Assembly: GCF_006345805.1 (NCBI RefSeq)
Contig: NC_043011.1
Span: forward strand, 24,688,464 to 24,752,463
DNA length: 64,000 nt
Source of the DNA: Octopus sinensis
Taxonomy: Eukaryota
Direction: 5' to 3'
The position numbers and the translations under genes were made by a program. Positions 25,494-38,826 of this stretch are shown here, piece by piece. The notes under the pieces are model-generated. The model made no database searches and was not told where the DNA came from. It was given only the letters and a program-made list of their open reading frames with translations. Position 1 is the first letter of the stretch, and each line of letters opens with the position of its first letter.

Positions 25494-25633
25494 CATAATA
25501 TATATATATATCATCATCATCGTTTAACATCTGCTTTCCATGCTGGCATGGGTTGGATGGTTTGACTGTGGACTGGCAAGTCAGGAGGCTGCACCAGGCT
25601 CCAATTTGATCTGAATATATATGTATATATATA

Positions 25634-25971
25634 GGGTGCATAGCTCAGTAGTTAGAGCGTCGAGCTTACGATCGTGAGGTTGTGAGCTCGAATCCCGGAC
25701 CGGGCTGTGTGTTGTGTTCTCGTGCAAGGCACTTTATTTCACGTTGCTCCAGTTCACTCAGCTGTAGAAATGAGTTGCGACGTCACTGGTGCCAAGCTGT
25801 ATCGACCTTTGTCTTTCCCTTGGATAACACTGGTGGCGTGGAGAGGGGAGGCTGGTATGCATGGGCGACTGCTGGCCTTCCATAAACAACCTTGCCCGGA
25901 CTTGTGTCTAGGAGGGTAACTTTCTAGGTGCAATCCCATGGTCATTCATGACCGAAGGGGGTCTTTACCCC

Positions 25972-25972
<1 letters not shown>
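25634..25972 (+). mobile_element. Full-length tRNA-derived SINE (family D, Meta/Deu-like core)
   Basis: A-box TAGCTCAGTAG, B-box-like GCTCGAATCC, core GCAAGGCACTT...CCAGTTCACTCAGCTGTAG; second copy on the minus strand at 35143-35453. Confidence 0.85.
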
Positions 25973-26004
<32 letters not shown>

Positions 26005-26009
<5 letters not shown>

Positions 26010-26485
26010 GATTAATAGCAGAACTTGAGGCAGTTCAGCGATGTTACACAAGGAAGATTGCATCAATGGAAGAGCTGAGCTACTGGGAGAGACTGAAAGA
26101 GCTGTGAATTTACTCCCTGGAGTAAAGACGGGAGAGGTATGCAGTGGTATATGTGTGGAAGACACTGGAGGGGTTGGCACCAAACTTTGGAATTGAGAGT
26201 TACGCCAGACCTTGAATTGGACATCATTGCACTGTTCCAAAGGTCACAGCTGTCCCGTCTAAAGTGAGAACCATTTGCTGCAAGAACTTGGGATTCAAGA
26301 ACCCACTGCTATTTAACACCTTGCCAAAACATCTGAGGGATCTCCAAGGATTGAGGATAGATGTTTTCAAGAAACAACTTGACCTCTTGCTATCCAAGAT
26401 CCCAGATGAACCAATACTAAGGCAGGAAACTCAAAAGAGGGCAGCAGTGTCAAACTCCCTCCTTCACCAAAAACTAATCACATAA
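26005..26485 (+). mobile_element. CR1-clade LINE 3' ORF2 fragment (pseudogenised)
   Basis: SGLIAELEAVQRCYTRKIASMEELSYWERLKEL*IYSLE*RRERY...LFNTLPKHLRDL...VFKKQLDLLLSKIPDEP...SNSLLHQ. Confidence 0.85.
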
Positions 26486-26691
26486 GATTAGCCAATTAAA
26501 AGGTGAATACACTGGCAGTACCTCAGCATGGCCACAGCCTTAGGGCTAAAACATATAAAAGAATATAAGAATATATATATATACATACACAGACACACGC
26601 ACGCACACACATACACACACACATATATATATATATATACACACACATAAATATGCATGCATACATACTTACATACATATATATATATATA

Positions 26692-26887
26692 GTTAATCCA
26701 AACAAGAAAGCACAAAAAAACACAACAACGCGAGGACGTGGAACAAAAATAGTATTATTGGATGCTCAGGAAAGAAGGAAAGGAGGGTTTAACGTTTCAA
26801 GCAGAGCTCTTCGTCGGAAACATAGGAGAAGGAAAGATCCATAGAAGGGAAGACCGAGGAAAAAAATCGCCAACGGTACACACGAGG

Positions 26888-26890
<3 letters not shown>
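26692..26890 (-). mobile_element. PLE-type terminal repeat (family A) with a hammerhead-like motif at 26787-26821
   Basis: Minus strand GTTT CCGACGA A GAGC TCT GCTT GAA ACGT T AAAC; flanked by (TA)n on both sides. Confidence 0.72.
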
Positions 26891-26967
<77 letters not shown>

Positions 26968-27764
26968 CATACATACATACATATATGAAATAGTGTAATA
27001 TAATATAGTATATATTATATTATAGAAAGAGGTTACATTCAACACACATACCATACTTCAATTACATGCCTCTGATTTTTAAAATTACATGTTATTGGAA
27101 GTCAACCCACAAATTATTGTAAATAGGATAGCCAATTGTATTGGAACCATGAATCTAGGTTTCATATGTAAGGAATACACTATGTTGAGAGTGACATTAG
27201 AAATAGTAGTCAAATATCCTTCATATAACACCCTCTCATTTTAAAGAAGCAAAGGCATATTGGGTAGTAATGTCATTCTAGATATACTTGTTCACAGAAA
27301 AAAAAAAAAAGACTGGATTGTCATGGCTGGGATACTTTTGATCACAGGTCTCTTCATTCAGAGTTAACTTAGGTCTAAATATGTGACAATAACAGCAACA
27401 GCAATACCAACAACACAAACTTTATGAACCAATGAGAGAATCTGCATATAGTCTCTAGTCCTGCTAGAAATAACATTTAACTTTGTTTTATATAACATTC
27501 TACCATCTTAAAAAATGATGGACACATTGGACACAGTGATTTACTCTAGATGTGCTTAACCTAAAGAGAAAAGTCTGGAACACTTTTGATCATAAGTTGA
27601 CCATGGGCTAAATAAACTAAAACATCACTAAAAGCAACAGCAGTAAAACAACTATTAACAAGCCAAAATGACTGCCTGCATTTGGTTGCTCAGCATGCCA
27701 AAAGTAGCAGCCAAATTTCCCTCAAATGATATTTTACAATAAAGGAAGGACAAAGTGAGTAATA

Positions 27765-28278
27765 TCTATATATATAAAACTGTAGTTGTGTGAGTGTCTG
27801 TCCCCTTCGATTTAGATTCCTAACTCCTCCCACATTTTGCGGTGCAGTTTAACCAAAACCGGGTATCTTATAGTCGTGATTCATATTGAGCCCGTCTGAG
27901 TATTAGCGCACGTCTACGATGAGTCTACGATTTTAAAAATAATTTAACATCATTTTTTATTCCATTTTAATGCATAATTTTCCGTGTGTCGATGGCAGCG
28001 GAGATGGCGTCCATGGTCACACCTGCACCTGTTTGCTTCTCTCCCTTCTTCCCTCCCTCGTGAAGCTGTGGGGAAGGGAGTGTAAGGAAATCAACGTCGT
28101 AAAGCGTTGTCAAGGAGACCAGCGTTCTTTTAGAACAACGACTTCATGGCTTGAAGACACCAAAACAGAAATGGCTAAGAAAGCCCGAATTGGCATCTAT
28201 AAGGGAAGTAACTCTCTAAAAATGCTTATATTAGTTATTTACCTTACAAACCCGAGCAACGCCGGGCGATACTGCTAG
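27765..28278 (+). mobile_element. Non-autonomous Helitron, copy 2 (514 bp)
   Basis: A|TCTATATATATAAAAC...CCCGAGCAACGCCGGGCGATACTGCTAG|T; carries an internal segment of about 215 bp absent from copies 1 and 3. Confidence 0.88.
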
Positions 28279-28379
28279 TTAATCATAAAAGCATTGTTGT
28301 GGAAACAAAGATAAGTGGGATGGTCATGACTGGAATCAATCACAGATCATAAATTTTTCTCAGTCAATGCTAAAAAGCA

Positions 28380-28758
28380 ACAATAACAATGAAAACAACA
28401 ACAACAGCCACTACTACAACTACAACTACTACTACTACTATCATTACTACATTGGCAATGTCAACAATAACAACAACAGCTACTACATCAACTACTACTA
28501 CTACTACCATTGTTACATTGGCAATGACAACAGCTAAAATAGCATTGACAACAACAACAACTACTGCTACTACTACTACACTGACAATGACAATGACAAC
28601 ACCAAAAGCAGTGACAATGATGACAACTACTACCACCACCACTACTACTACTATTGCTACTATGTTGACAATAACAGCAAAAACAATAATGACAACAACA
28701 AAAGCAACATCGACAATGATGAGAACAACAACTACTACTACTACTGCTACTACTACTA

Positions 28759-28793
<35 letters not shown>

Positions 28794-29190
28794 ACTACTA
28801 CTACTGCTACTACTACTACTACTGCTACTACTACTGCTGCTGCTACTACTACTACTACTACTACTACTACAATGATAATCACAATGACAACATTGCTGAC
28901 AACAGCATCACCAATGAAGATGACAACAAATAACAACATCAGCAACAACAACAAGCACATTAACAACAACAACAACAACAACAACAACATTAACAATGAT
29001 AATGACAAGAACAACAATAACAATGATAACAACAACACCATCAGCAACAACTACAACATCAATGTCAACAACAGTAATGCTAATAACAATACAATGACAA
29101 TGAATACAACAATAACATCAACAACAACAACAATACTAATAACAATGATGACAAAATCAACAACATCAATGATGATAACAACAACAACTC
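28380..29190. repeat. (ACT)n/(ACA)n/(GCT)n trinucleotide array
   Basis: Directly visible; the 279-aa poly-T/poly-N ORF is an artefact. Confidence 0.95.
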
Positions 29191-30387
29191 TCACTGACTC
29201 AGTCTATCTGGCTGTAAGTCAGTCTTAGGAAAAGGGACAAAACAATCCATTATTTCATTGATTGAAGACACCGCACAGGGTGTGGCCAGGATTTCAATTG
29301 TGCAGGGAGAGGTGGGGGAACTTGGTTATTAAAGCAGAGAGTAGTGTTGGTAACAGTGATAGTGTTGTTAATGTTGGCATTTAACCCCAGGTCAGTTTTG
29401 ACGAAAAAAAAACCTATGACCAAAAGCGTTCCGACCATGGTAATGCCATCTTTTTTTTCCTATATATAGATTGGAGCCTGGTGCAGCCATCTGGTTCGCC
29501 AGTCCTCAGTCAAATCGTCCAACCCATGCTAGTATGGAAAGCGGACGTTAAACGATGATGATGGTGGTGGTGGTGGTGGTGTTGGTGATGGTGGTTGCGG
29601 CGGCAGCGGCGATGACGACGACGATGATGACGAGAGAGAGAGCATTTGTAGTAGGAATATTTGGCAGAGTCCTAAGCACTGATTCATTGCCTAAGATTTG
29701 AACCTAAATGACTAAATTCACACCTGAAAATAACAATTTGGCAGAAAGGAATAGTCGACGACATCAACCCCAGTGCTTAACTAGTACTTTTTTATTGACA
29801 CTAAAAGTTTGAAAAGCAATGTCCACCTCAGAGGAATTTGAACTCAAAATGTAAAGACAGACAAAATGCCTGTAAGCATTTTGTCTGGCATGCTAATGAT
29901 TCTGCCAGCACACCACCTTACATGTAAAAATAACAATAACAGTAACAGTATGTTGTCATGGTTCAAAATGACATCAGCAAAGACCTGACCACTCAAATCA
30001 ATAGACACAGCAGATGTTTAACTCATTAAGTCTTGGTTTTGTAAACAAGTATTTTTCAGACAGACAACATATTAAATTGTCATTAACAATTTCATCTTTG
30101 GTGCACTTTTCTTTGAATGACATTAGTTACATATAGTTTGTTTTTCTGCTAACCCAACAGTGACTGCAAGATAGCCAAAATAAGCTGTAGGAATTTGTGA
30201 AACTAAACAATGACTAAAGAATGCCATAATAATGATGATAACAAAAGTGGTCGTGATGTCAGAATCTACACTTCTCATGTCTATAGTCATTGTTGTGGCA
30301 CAACATCTGCAAACTACTGAACTATTTCATTTGGCTTAAATATCATTCTTTTCTACAGCTTGTTGTAATGACACATCGTTTTATTAA

Positions 30388-30606
30388 CCTTTTAGCATTT
30401 AAACTGACCATATCCAGCCTAAATATTCCCCCTGTTTTATGCTTAAATCTACCAGATCCAGTTTGCATACCTACTCTAAAATGTCATTCTAAAAATAAAC
30501 AGTAAGACCATTGAAATCTTGAAGCTATGAGATAATATATGATAAATTCGAAACTATATGAATCAATAATCATTACATTTGACAGAGTAATCTGAATGCT
30601 AAAGGG
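30388..30606 (-). mobile_element. piggyBac-type MITE (219 bp)
   Basis: TTAA|CCTTTTAGCATT...AATGCTAAAGGG|TTAA: 12-bp TIR (1 mismatch) and TTAA duplication. Other copies at 21433-21636, 33300-33447 (half), 35109-35655 (interrupted) and about 57000-57535 (interrupted). Confidence 0.8.
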
Positions 30607-30724
30607 TTAATGATAAATAAATATTTTGGTATTTAAAACTTCATACAGAATTCTTGTTCATTCACCTCTTAACTCAGCTGAAGTATATCATCGTTCCACT
30701 GGTGACAACCTAATCAAAATATTC

Positions 30725-31255
30725 TTATTGCTAAACATCCTTCTCTAAGAATGCCGGGGGTATAAGTAGAGGAAGATTTGGCTGTTATTTCTATCATGCT
30801 GAGCAACCACACAGATACTCCAGTGATTCCTATCACTAAACATCCTTCTCTAAGAATGTCAGGGGTGTAACTAAAGGGAAGCTTGGCTGTTATTTCTACC
30901 ATGTTGAGCAACCACACAGATACTCCTTCAGTGGTTTATATAGTTAAACAGCCTTCTGTAAGAATGACAGGAGTGCAACTAGAGGGAGGCTTGGCTATTA
31001 TTTCTACCATGTTGAGCAACCACACAGATACCCCTTCAGTGGTTTATATAGTTAAACAGCCTTCTGTAAGAATGACAGGAGCGCAACTTGGCTGTTATTT
31101 CTACCATGTTGAGCAACCACACAGATACTCCTTCAGTGGTTTATATAGTTAAACAGCCTTCTGTAAGAATGTCAGGAGTGCAACTGGAGGGAGACTTGGC
31201 TGTTATTTCTACCATGTTGAGCAACCACACAGATACTCCTTCAGTAGTTCATTCC
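30725..31255 (+). repeat. Minisatellite of about 5 units, 97-108 bp each
   Basis: TTGGCT(G/A)TTATTTCTA(C/T)CATG(T/C)TGAGCAACCACACAGATAC recurs at about 30778, 30883, 30991, 31088 and 31196. Confidence 0.93.
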
Positions 31256-31634
31256 ACTGAGAGGAATAAAATAAGAATTTGCAAAGTATTAGCAATTGAT
31301 TAAACACTCTAGTCCCCACCCCCTCTACAAATCTGTAGACTAGCTCCAATATGAGAACTTTGTAAATAGTTGGCTATGGAAAATGGTAAGGGAAACACAT
31401 CATGGCAAAGCACCAGACTAAATTCTTTATATTCCTCTGCTGGGATTTCAAATCCCACAGTATTACATTTCTTATTTCATTCCTCTGGGTGGTGGTGGGT
31501 TAATGAAATAAGTTCCAGACATAGACTAAGGTCAATTCAACTGACTTATATGCCTTGCTCTAGAAATATGTGACTTTGCTACCAATATATAAAGAAACTA
31601 TATATATTTTGGCAATATGCTTTCAACCAAAGTT

Positions 31635-32045
31635 CATTCATCATCGTTGTCATCATCATCATCATCACCACCATCTTCACGCCCACTATCATCACCACTA
31701 CAACCACCACCATCATCATCATCATCATCATCATCATCGTCATCGTTGTCATCATCATCATCATCATCATCATCGGCATCACCACCACCATCAACACCAT
31801 CAAATCAACACCACCACCATTACCACTACTACCACCACCACCACCATTACCACTACTACCACCATCACCAGCATTACCACCACCTCTGCCACTATCATCA
31901 TCCTCACTATCATCATCACCACCACTACCACCCATCACCACCACCATCACCACCATCTCACCACCACCACAACCACCACCACCACCACCACCACCACCAC
32001 CACCACCATCGTCATCGTCGTCATCATCATCATCATCATCAATTA
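31635..32045. repeat. (ATC)n/(ACC)n microsatellite
   Basis: Directly visible. Confidence 0.95.
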
Positions 32046-32458
32046 CAATGAGAGCAGTACCATCAACACTAACAACAGCAACCGTCACTCACACTTCCTA
32101 CAGTCTAATAATCTCACAGATGACGTGCTAGAATTTACAGCTAAATCCTCCTCCAAACACCATCCTGTTTGCTCTTGCTGTTTAGTCCCATGCCAGCATC
32201 AACTGACCACGCTAATGAACAAAAGTATCCCAGTCATGACCACCACATCACTTATTCAGACATAGTGTATTTAGAACCACGTTTCCTTTTCCATTGTTTC
32301 AGATGGTTGGGTGGGATTTGGCTGCTATTTCTAGTAGGTTAATTGATTGCACAGATCAGGGACCTTTTTGTTATTACTTATATCAGTCATTAGACTGCGG
32401 CCATGCTGGGGTACCACCTTTAAGAAACTTTGTTGAAGGAATTGACCCCAGTACTTGT

Positions 32459-32818
32459 ACATTATTTACATTATTTACATTTGACAGATATTTGTCCTCA
32501 TCTTCTTTGTTGTTAATATGTTTCAGCTGATACACCCTCCAGCCCTCAGGTGTCTTGGGGAAATTTCGAACCTGGGTTCTCATTCTTAAGGTATTTTTCG
32601 ATGTTATTATTGTTGTTGTTGTTGTTATTATTATTATTATTATTATTGTAGTTGTTGTTATTATTGTTATCAAACTCGGAATCTTGGGGTTAGTAGCCTG
32701 CGCTCTTGACCACTACACCCACGGGCATATGGCATAGTGGTTAAGAATGCAGGCTACTAACCCCAAGATTCCGAGTTCAATTCCAGGCAGTGACCTGAAA
32801 AATAATAATAATAATAAC

Positions 32819-32861
<43 letters not shown>

Positions 32862-33050
32862 TCGAAAAATACCTTAGGAATGAGAACCCAGGTTTGAAAT
32901 TTCTCCAAGACACCTGAAGAAGGCTGAAGGGTATATCAGCCGAAGCATTGTGATAACAACAAACAAGATGAGGACAAATATCTTTCAAATGTAAATAATG
33001 TAAATAATGTACATATTTCCTCATCTCTCAAATATAGAACTGTATTACTG
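32459..33050. mobile_element. Head-to-head inverted pair of a tRNA-headed, hammerhead-bearing short element, inserted into a family A SINE
   Basis: Left copy on minus (about 32720 to 32459), right copy on plus (about 32730-33044). AGTACTTGT is duplicated at 32450-32458 and 33051-33059, and the host SINE resumes after 33059. Confidence 0.85.
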
Positions 33051-33177
33051 AGTACTTGTGTTTTTAAGCCTGGTGCTTAATGTATCAGTTCGTTTTGCTA
33101 AACCACTAAGTTATGAACACATAAATACTCCAACACCGGTTATCAAGCAGTGGTGAGGGACAAACACAGACGCAAAG

Positions 33178-33215
<38 letters not shown>

Positions 33216-33255
33216 GCATACACACACACACACACACATACACACATACACACAC

Positions 33256-33289
<34 letters not shown>

Positions 33290-33989
33290 ACACACATATT
33301 TATAGCTTTGAGATTTCAACTTTAGGGATTGTTTATTTGTAGTAAGACATTGTTGGGTACATGTACGAGACTGTATCTGGCCAGTTTGGACATAAAACAA
33401 ATACAATATTTTGGCCGGATATGGCTGGTTTAAATGCTAACAGGTTAAACTTCAAAAATTTTTTAGAAACAGTACAAGGCCCACAGAGAATACTTCAATG
33501 GCCCACTTGGTGCCAACCGAAGTGTAAAGGCTCCTTGTTGATGGGTGAAACTGTTTACTGTCATCAGACACGATGACTTTCAAAATTACTTCCATATTTT
33601 CCGTATTCTAGTTATAATGCTCTCTCACTACAAGCCCTTCAACAATGCTAGTCAGGCAGGGTAACGGAAGCTATTTGCTACAATATGAATATGAAAAATA
33701 ATTAAACTATAGAAAAGAACTCATTATGAGGTGTTATGCAGGATTGATTTTAGAACCATATGCTTGTGAAAGTGTACTTCTTAACCACCCTGCTATGCCT
33801 GTACCTACATAGTGTTTCTATGATCATATTATTTTTAAGATGCTGAGAGAGATTTGGCTGTTGTTTCTAACAGGTCGAAAAACTATAATTGGTTCAAGAA
33901 ATTGATTCTTTATTGCTCCCATGTGTGGAGGTAAAATACGTATTTAACCTTTTATACAACTATTAGAGCTTGCCAAGTATTAAAGCCTT

Positions 33990-34255
<266 letters not shown>

Positions 34256-35142
34256 TATTCACTCAGAAGTGCACTTCTATGCATCTTTAGTTAGTCCTTT
34301 ACTTTATTTGCTTATTTATTCATTTATTTATATGTTTTTTTGATTGATCAATTTTTATTGGTGTGTGACACCTACAAATGAAGCTGTCATCTTTCTTTGT
34401 AGTTCACACTATAAACAGAATAAATCCACTTCAAAAAGTTGGTTTACTTCCAAACTAAATGGTACTGGAACTACCTACTTCCTGTCAAAACATTATATAG
34501 ATACATTACACTTGCTAGTTATGTTAATCTATAACAACGGGGGAACAAAAAATACTAAACAAAATAAAATTCAAAAAGGGCTACTATTTAGAAATATGCT
34601 ACACAAATACTTTCCAAGCTTTTGAGATTAGAATCACTCTTTTGTTTCATGAAAAACAAGATGGTTCACAATAAACAGAATTTTTTTTGTTGTTTTTTTG
34701 TTGTTTTTTTTTGGGGGGGAGGGGGTATTTTTTCTGTCTTTTTGTTGAAAATTAAATATAGTTATTAAACAGGATGTATTTGGCTCATATGTGAAACTAA
34801 GAATGCACGGTCAAATAGATAGTCGACGAATAATTTTGATTGATAAATATAGGTGCTGACATGGTTTTGTGATAAGGTAAGTTTGTTTTGCAACCATGTG
34901 ATTTCAGGTTCAGTCCTGCTGTGTGACACCTTGGAGAAATGATTCCTACAATGCTTTATAAGTATTAGATTTAATTCATTGCTAAGTTTAATACCATCTT
35001 GGGTGCAAGCATTTGGGCCAAAGTCTCTGGTTTGAGGATACCTTCTTTCATCTCTCTTACTAGTTACAGAGGTAAAGCATCAAGGCCACTGCCTTGCCTC
35101 CTGATTAACCCATTAGTATTCAGATTACTCTATCAAATGTAA

Positions 35143-35453
35143 AAAAGGGTAAAGGGTAAAGACTCCCTTCAGTTATGAATGACCATGGGATTGCACCTAG
35201 AAAGTTCCCCTCCTAGGCACAAGTCCAGGCAAGGTTGTTTATGGAAGACCAGCAGTTGCCCATGCATACCAGCCTCCCCTCTCTTGATGTTGTCAAAGGG
35301 AAAGGCAAAGGCTGATACAGCTTGACACCAGTGACATCACAACCCATTTCTACAGCTGAGTGAAGTAAAGTGTCTTGTCCAAGAACACAACACACAGCTC
35401 GGTCCAGGAATTGAACCCACTATCTCATGATTGTAAACATGATGCTCTAACCA
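35143..35453 (-). mobile_element. Family D SINE nested in a piggyBac-type MITE
   Basis: Reverse complement of 25634-25972; 13-bp TSD CTATCAAATGTAA at 35130-35142 and 35454-35466. Confidence 0.85.
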
Positions 35454-37963
35454 CTATCAAATGTAATGCTTATTTAATCACACTGTTTTTAATTAATCAT
35501 GCATTTTTTTTTTGTAGCTTTGAGGTTTTAATGATGTGGTTGCATATTTTTAGAATGACATTGTAAGATAGGTGTTAGAGACTGGATCTGGCCAGTTTGA
35601 AAATAAAGCAGGTAGAATATTTGGGCTGGATGTGGCTGGTTTAAATGCTAAAGGGTTAGAAGATTTTTAAAAAATTCATTCTCATGATTTTCCGAACCAT
35701 TGTTAAAAGAGATGGTAAGTGGTTCATTCATGCAAAGAAGGAGGAGTGTAGAAATAGAACTAAGTCTCAGAGTACATAGATCATAAAATAGGAATAAGAA
35801 AAAACTCCATCATCACATGCTGTGAAAGTATGATCTAACAGGAAACCACCAATCCAAGAAATGAGAGCCTGTAGGTGAGCAGTTTTGCCAGGAGATTCAA
35901 GTTGAAAACTTCATATCAACATTCATTAGGTAGATTTAAGGTAGCGAGCAGGAGAGCTGGCACAATCATTAGCAATCATTACGTTCTGAGTTCAAATTCC
36001 GCCATAGTTGACTTTACCTTTCATCCTTTCAGTATTGAAAAAATAAGTACCAGTTGAGTACAGCATTAACTCATATTCAAGTAGTTAATCTGTAGCAAGT
36101 TATGAAGCTTCTTTATCCTGATGGGTACAAAGGTTGCCAGTGCCTGAGGTGGCTGTTCAGGCCAAGGACTGCATAAAGAGCCAGATGCATTTATCGCAGA
36201 GGATGGTTAGCAGGAGTGAAGGAAGTACAAGTTGCTCTTTGTCTTTGGCATCTGATCTCTGCCTCTTGATGTTTGTTCTTTCTCATCTAATCCATTCCCT
36301 TGATGATGACATGCCACTACTCTGAGTGGTCCTTGGCTATTCTCCCTCAGGTATTTGGGCCAATGGAGCAGCAGAGGAGAGTGGCCTTCAGCTCTAAAAC
36401 CACATTATATAACATATCCTGGGTATGACTTTTAACTGCATCCACTTGTAGTGTCCAGGTTCAAGAGTTCCAGGGTGTTGAGGAGTGTGGCACCATCTCT
36501 TAACCACTATTGTTTCCAGGTCTACTCTGACCTGGAGTAACAGCACCTGTTAGGGCCCCAGCTATAAGTTAATTAGTACGATATGCTTTGAGGAAACTTC
36601 AAGCATAATTCCTCACTACCTTGTGAGAACCTTGGGAAAGGGAAAGGCTAGGGGAGGCAAACACAACAGAAAATCAAGAAGTGGAGTCCCTCAGGCTGTC
36701 TGATGCCCCCTTCAACTCCCTTCTGACGACTTCAGAGTAGAAGCCCTTCATCTCTGTAAGGCAATTCACCAAGGAGAAGACTGATCCAATGTAAAAGCCA
36801 CAACTTGCTGGTCACTGGAAGCCATCTTAGTCTACTGAGCCAATGTGTTCAGACCCCCAAGTCTAAAGCATGCGATTGAATAGCATGAACAGATGCTCAC
36901 AGCCAGGAAGAGGTGCCTTGCAACATCAAAGACTGAATTACGTGGCCACTTGAGGGCATTCTGCTTTCCCTCATGATCTTCAGACACAAAGAAACTGCCA
37001 TCATATAATGTGTTATTTTATTTTTAAGATAGTAGAGTGTGATTCTAGAAACATTTGGCTGCTATTTTCCCTTAGGTGAATTGCTATTTAGCAAGTTCCT
37101 TGCTGGTGAAGAATGGACTGTTCTACATGATCTAGAATGTTTGTGTCTGGCTCCACAGAACTGATTACTTTGTCTAATTAACAGGTGATTAATTTATAGA
37201 GTTACATTTAGTTGAGCAAACAGGATAACAATTTACTCACCAGCTCTGAACTGCATTCAGAGCCATAGTATTTAATTTTTAAATGACTCAATCTTCCTAA
37301 TTGTAATTATGTGCTATAAAAGCTTTAGCCCATGCCTTACATCCACAATGACGTTTCAGGGAGAAAATTGATGCTGCTCTGTTAAATTGGAGTTAATAAT
37401 GTAAACTTTACACTGAATACAGCTTCAAGAGAGATGTGACCAATATAGACTGACTTGCTCTAGCTACATTAAACACACTATATGTATAGAAGTATAACAA
37501 CTGCCCATTGTATACACACGTCATCATCATCATCATTTAGTGTCTGCTTTCCACATTGGCATGGTTTGACTGAAACTGGTTAATTAGAGGGCTGCACTAG
37601 GTTCCAATCTGATTTGGCATGGTTTCTATGGCTGGATGCCCTTCCTAATGCCAACCACTCCAAGAGTGTAATGGGTGCTTTTTATGTGCCGGTGGCACAT
37701 AAAAACCAGCATCAGCCACAACTACACTTTCACTTGGCTTGACAAGTCTTCTCAACCATGGCATATTGCTAAAGGTTTTGGTTACTTACCATTGCCCCCA
37801 TGAGACCCCACATTCGAAGGGTGTTTTTTTTACATGCCACCAGCATGAGTACCATACATACACTTTTGCTATTTCCTACTCTCTCTTCCCTTACTCTTCC
37901 TTCTGGCTGGGTAGCCACGTATCTCCTCTACAGCAGCTCACCTATTTCCGCCCTCATTCTTGG

Positions 37964-38005
<42 letters not shown>

Positions 38006-38067
38006 GGTAACCATATACTTCATCTATAGCAAGGCACCTATTTCTGCCTCTTTGTTTCTCTGTCACA

Positions 38068-38370
38068 GTGGAGGCACATGGCCTAGTGGTTAGAGCAGCG
38101 GACTTGCGGTCGAGGAACTGCGGGTTCGAATCTCAGACCAGGCGATCTATGTGTTTATGAGCGAAACCCCTAAGCTCCATGTGGCTCCGGCAGAAGGTAA
38201 TGGCGAACTTCTGCTGACTCTTTCTCCACAACTTTCTCTCACTCTTTCCTCCTGCATCTTGCAGCTCATCTGCGACGGACCAGCATCCCATCCAGGTGGG
38301 GAATTTATATGCCAAGGAAACCAGGAAACCAGCCCTATGAGCCAGGCATGGCTTGAGAAGGAACAAACAA
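38068..38370 (+). mobile_element. tRNA-derived SINE (family E)
   Basis: A-box TGGCCTAGTGG, B-box GGTTCGAATC; 13-bp TSD TTTCTCTGTCACA at 38055-38067 and 38371-38383. Confidence 0.88.
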
Positions 38371-38792
38371 TTTCTCTGTCACACACTAACCTTTCATCAT
38401 CTGATACTGGATCATCTCCTCCAGTGCCCCCACCACTATAGCAAGACACCTGTTTCTGTCTCTCTGTCTCTTTGTCACCCTCTAACTTTTCATCCTCCTC
38501 AAATGCCCCTGCCCCTCTCGTAATTCCTTGTCTTCCAAGTTACTTGGTGACCCGGCCAGTGCTGATGTCATGTAAAAAGCATCCGGTCCACACTGTAAAG
38601 TGGTTGGCAGTTGGAACGGCATCCAGCAGCAAAAATCATGCCAAAACTAACCTCACCTGTGCTAGTGCCATGTAAAAAGCATTAAGTCCACTCTGCAGAG
38701 TTGCTGGTGTTAAGAAGGGCATCCAACCATAAAACTCCTGCCAAAACAGACAGAGTAGCATAGTTTTTCTACCTGGCCAGCTCCTGTGAACC

Positions 38793-38826
<34 letters not shown>

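Noticed and set aside
25634-25705. tRNA-like heads (also 38070, 32731, 12430, 40378) as real tRNA genes
   Set aside because: No complete cloverleaf, and each continues into a SINE body, often with TSDs.
28370-29228. 279-aa Thr/Asn-rich 'mucin-like' ORF and its antisense poly-Val ORF
   Set aside because: Pure trinucleotide microsatellite without unique coding flanks.
37072-37185. Acceptor-like ttttcccttag followed by a short open frame (GELLFSKFLAGEEW...)
   Set aside because: The frame closes before any good donor site and there is no recognisable homology.
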